Origin: Nematocida ausubeli
Lineage: Eukaryota
DNA: 64,000 bases
NCBI RefSeq assembly: GCF_000738915.1
Contig: NW_026515634.1
Location: 62,001 to 126,000, forward strand
Direction: 5' to 3'
Shown here: piece after piece, positions 62,571-64,000 of the stretch
How positions within the stretch are numbered: the stretch's first letter is position 1
Layout: each line of letters opens with the position of its first letter
Translations under genes and position numbers: made by a program
Notes under the pieces: generated by a model
Told to the model about the DNA's origin: nothing
Seen by the model: only the letters and a program-made list of their open reading frames with translations
Database searches by the model: none

Positions 62571-63352
62571 ATTAGTGTCTATTCTTTCCTTTTTCGTTCG
62601 AGTGCCTCTGCTTTTTATCTTGATCGCTTCCATATACAATGCACAATCTTAATCTCTTTCTCTTTTTTGAAGAGGCATTTGCGTTTTAGGTTCTTGCGTT
62701 TTTGCAGTTTCTTCGAATATCTTTGTCTCTTCTATTTAAAAGATAAAATGTACACTTTCCTAGAATTAAAATTACTTGAAGACTTTTTTTCTGTATAAGT
62801 TATACATATATAGAGTGTGCAAGACTTCGCAAACTTATATGCCACAGACCCGGCATAATGTGTATAAAACAGCTGCAAAGTGACTTATAATACTGAAAAA
62901 AATATGTATATCATGCACACTACAGTATAGATTGTTGGAGGTATACTTTTCGGAGAAGACTAGCTAAAGGTACACTAAAAATATACAGTGTTATATCCCA
63001 CAGTCCTAAAACATAAAGTAGGGCATGTATTACTATGAAATAGCACATCTTGAGATTTATCATCTTAGAAAATGCTCTGTATAATTTAAGTACAGACATG
63101 TTATATCAAGAGACAAATGTATACGCAGGGTTCTTTGGCTAGTGAGTAATATGTTGTTTGATGCCAATAAAGAACAAAAGTTGCATAGATCCTTCTAATT
63201 TAGCATTGCTTCTTACAGAGTAGAGCACTAATTTAGTAATTTACTTTTCTGTATAGAATGGAAAAAGTGACTTTATGTTTAAAGATTACTTACACTGAAA
63301 AATACTAGAAAATATTGCGCTTGCTATTTATTCAAAAGTAGCACAAATGCCA

Positions 63353-64000
63353 TTATATGTACACTGCTTTCTGCACGAAGTCTCTTGCGCGCATAGCTAG
63401 CAAGGTGCAGCCCCATCGAAGAAATTGGGCATACTCCTTTCCCGAAAGCTTAGAGTACCCAGAAAGTCTCTCATAGAAACAAATTGGGATTTCGTCTATT
63501 TTCTGGTGACAGTGGTAGAGTATCTCCATTTGGTATGCAAAGCCCTGCGCCTTAACGTTCCTAATTGCATAGTTAATAACATCCCTCTTGTAGATGCGGT
63601 AGCTATTTGTCATATCACTGTTTCTTTTCCCTGTAAATATGTATGCAAGAATGTTTGCGCCCTGGCTTGTCATCTTTCTGGAAAAGGGCCAGTTGCATGT
63701 TCCGCCCTCTCCGGTATACCTAGAGCCTATAACAACCCCTGCTCGGGTTTCTTTGATCTTTTTGAGAAGCCGCAGGATTTCGCGCGGGTCGTGGCTTAGG
63801 TCTGAGTCAAGAATCACTACATAATCCCCTGACGCATGCTCCAGTCCTCTTTTGTATGCATTCCCCAGGCCAAGCTTCTCCTTTCGCGTAAGCACTTGCG
63901 CAGTTATCCCCAGCTTGTCTGCAATGGCGGTGCAAGCGGCAGATGTTCCATCGCTGCTGCCATCATCTACAATGATGATTTCATACTGGACAGCCTTTAA
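63353..64000 (-). CDS. DPM1: Dolichol-phosphate mannosyltransferase (5'-partial, runs off the window)
   Basis: Frame open to 64000: YEIIIVDDGSSDGT, KLGLGNAY, LDSDLSHDP, GSRY, DMTNSYRIY, QMEI, ER..G.SKL. Confidence 0.93.
   Translation of the reverse strand, partial: LKAVQYEIIIVDDGSSDGTSAACTAIADKLGITAQVLTRKEKLGLGNAYKRGLEHASGDYVVILDSDLSHDPREILRLLKKIKETRAGVVIGSRYTGEGGTCNWPFSRKMTSQGANILAYIFTGKRNSDMTNSYRIYKRDVINYAIRNVKAQGFAYQMEILYHCHQKIDEIPICFYERLSGYSKLSGKEYAQFLRWGCTLLAMRARDFVQKAVYI

Overview
Gene-dense, apparently intron-less eukaryotic DNA with very short intergenic spacers and highly divergent, shortened fungal-type housekeeping proteins. It is most consistent with a microsporidian, very likely Nematocida (inferred from two ~900-aa signal-peptide paralogues resembling Nematocida large gene families). 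About 40 CDS are supported, including PKC1, RMD5, NPL4, SEC62, TPA1, a glutathione peroxidase, a RAD54-like ATPase, aquaporin, HAT2, YDJ1, SUMO, RPT4, CDC37, ARP8, RPP2, ASF1, GAPDH, POB3, YAF9, TOP3, CBC2 and DPM1, plus tRNA-Gln(TTG). Reading the intergenic DNA reveals: (1) a clear nuclear RNase P RNA gene at 29363-29590; (2) a ~500-nt GC-rich structured island at ~7429-7921 with the architecture of a telomerase RNA (long helix closing a domain with a CUAACCCU template, a possible pseudoknot, a CR4/5-like three-way junction, 3' hairpins ending in ACA), which is the top candidate for an undescribed system; (3) a decayed Ty3/gypsy integrase remnant at ~62324-62570. The PKC1 orthologue looks like a pseudokinase and an Arf-like protein lacks its GTP-binding motifs. 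All homology calls come from motif recognition by eye; no database searches were run.
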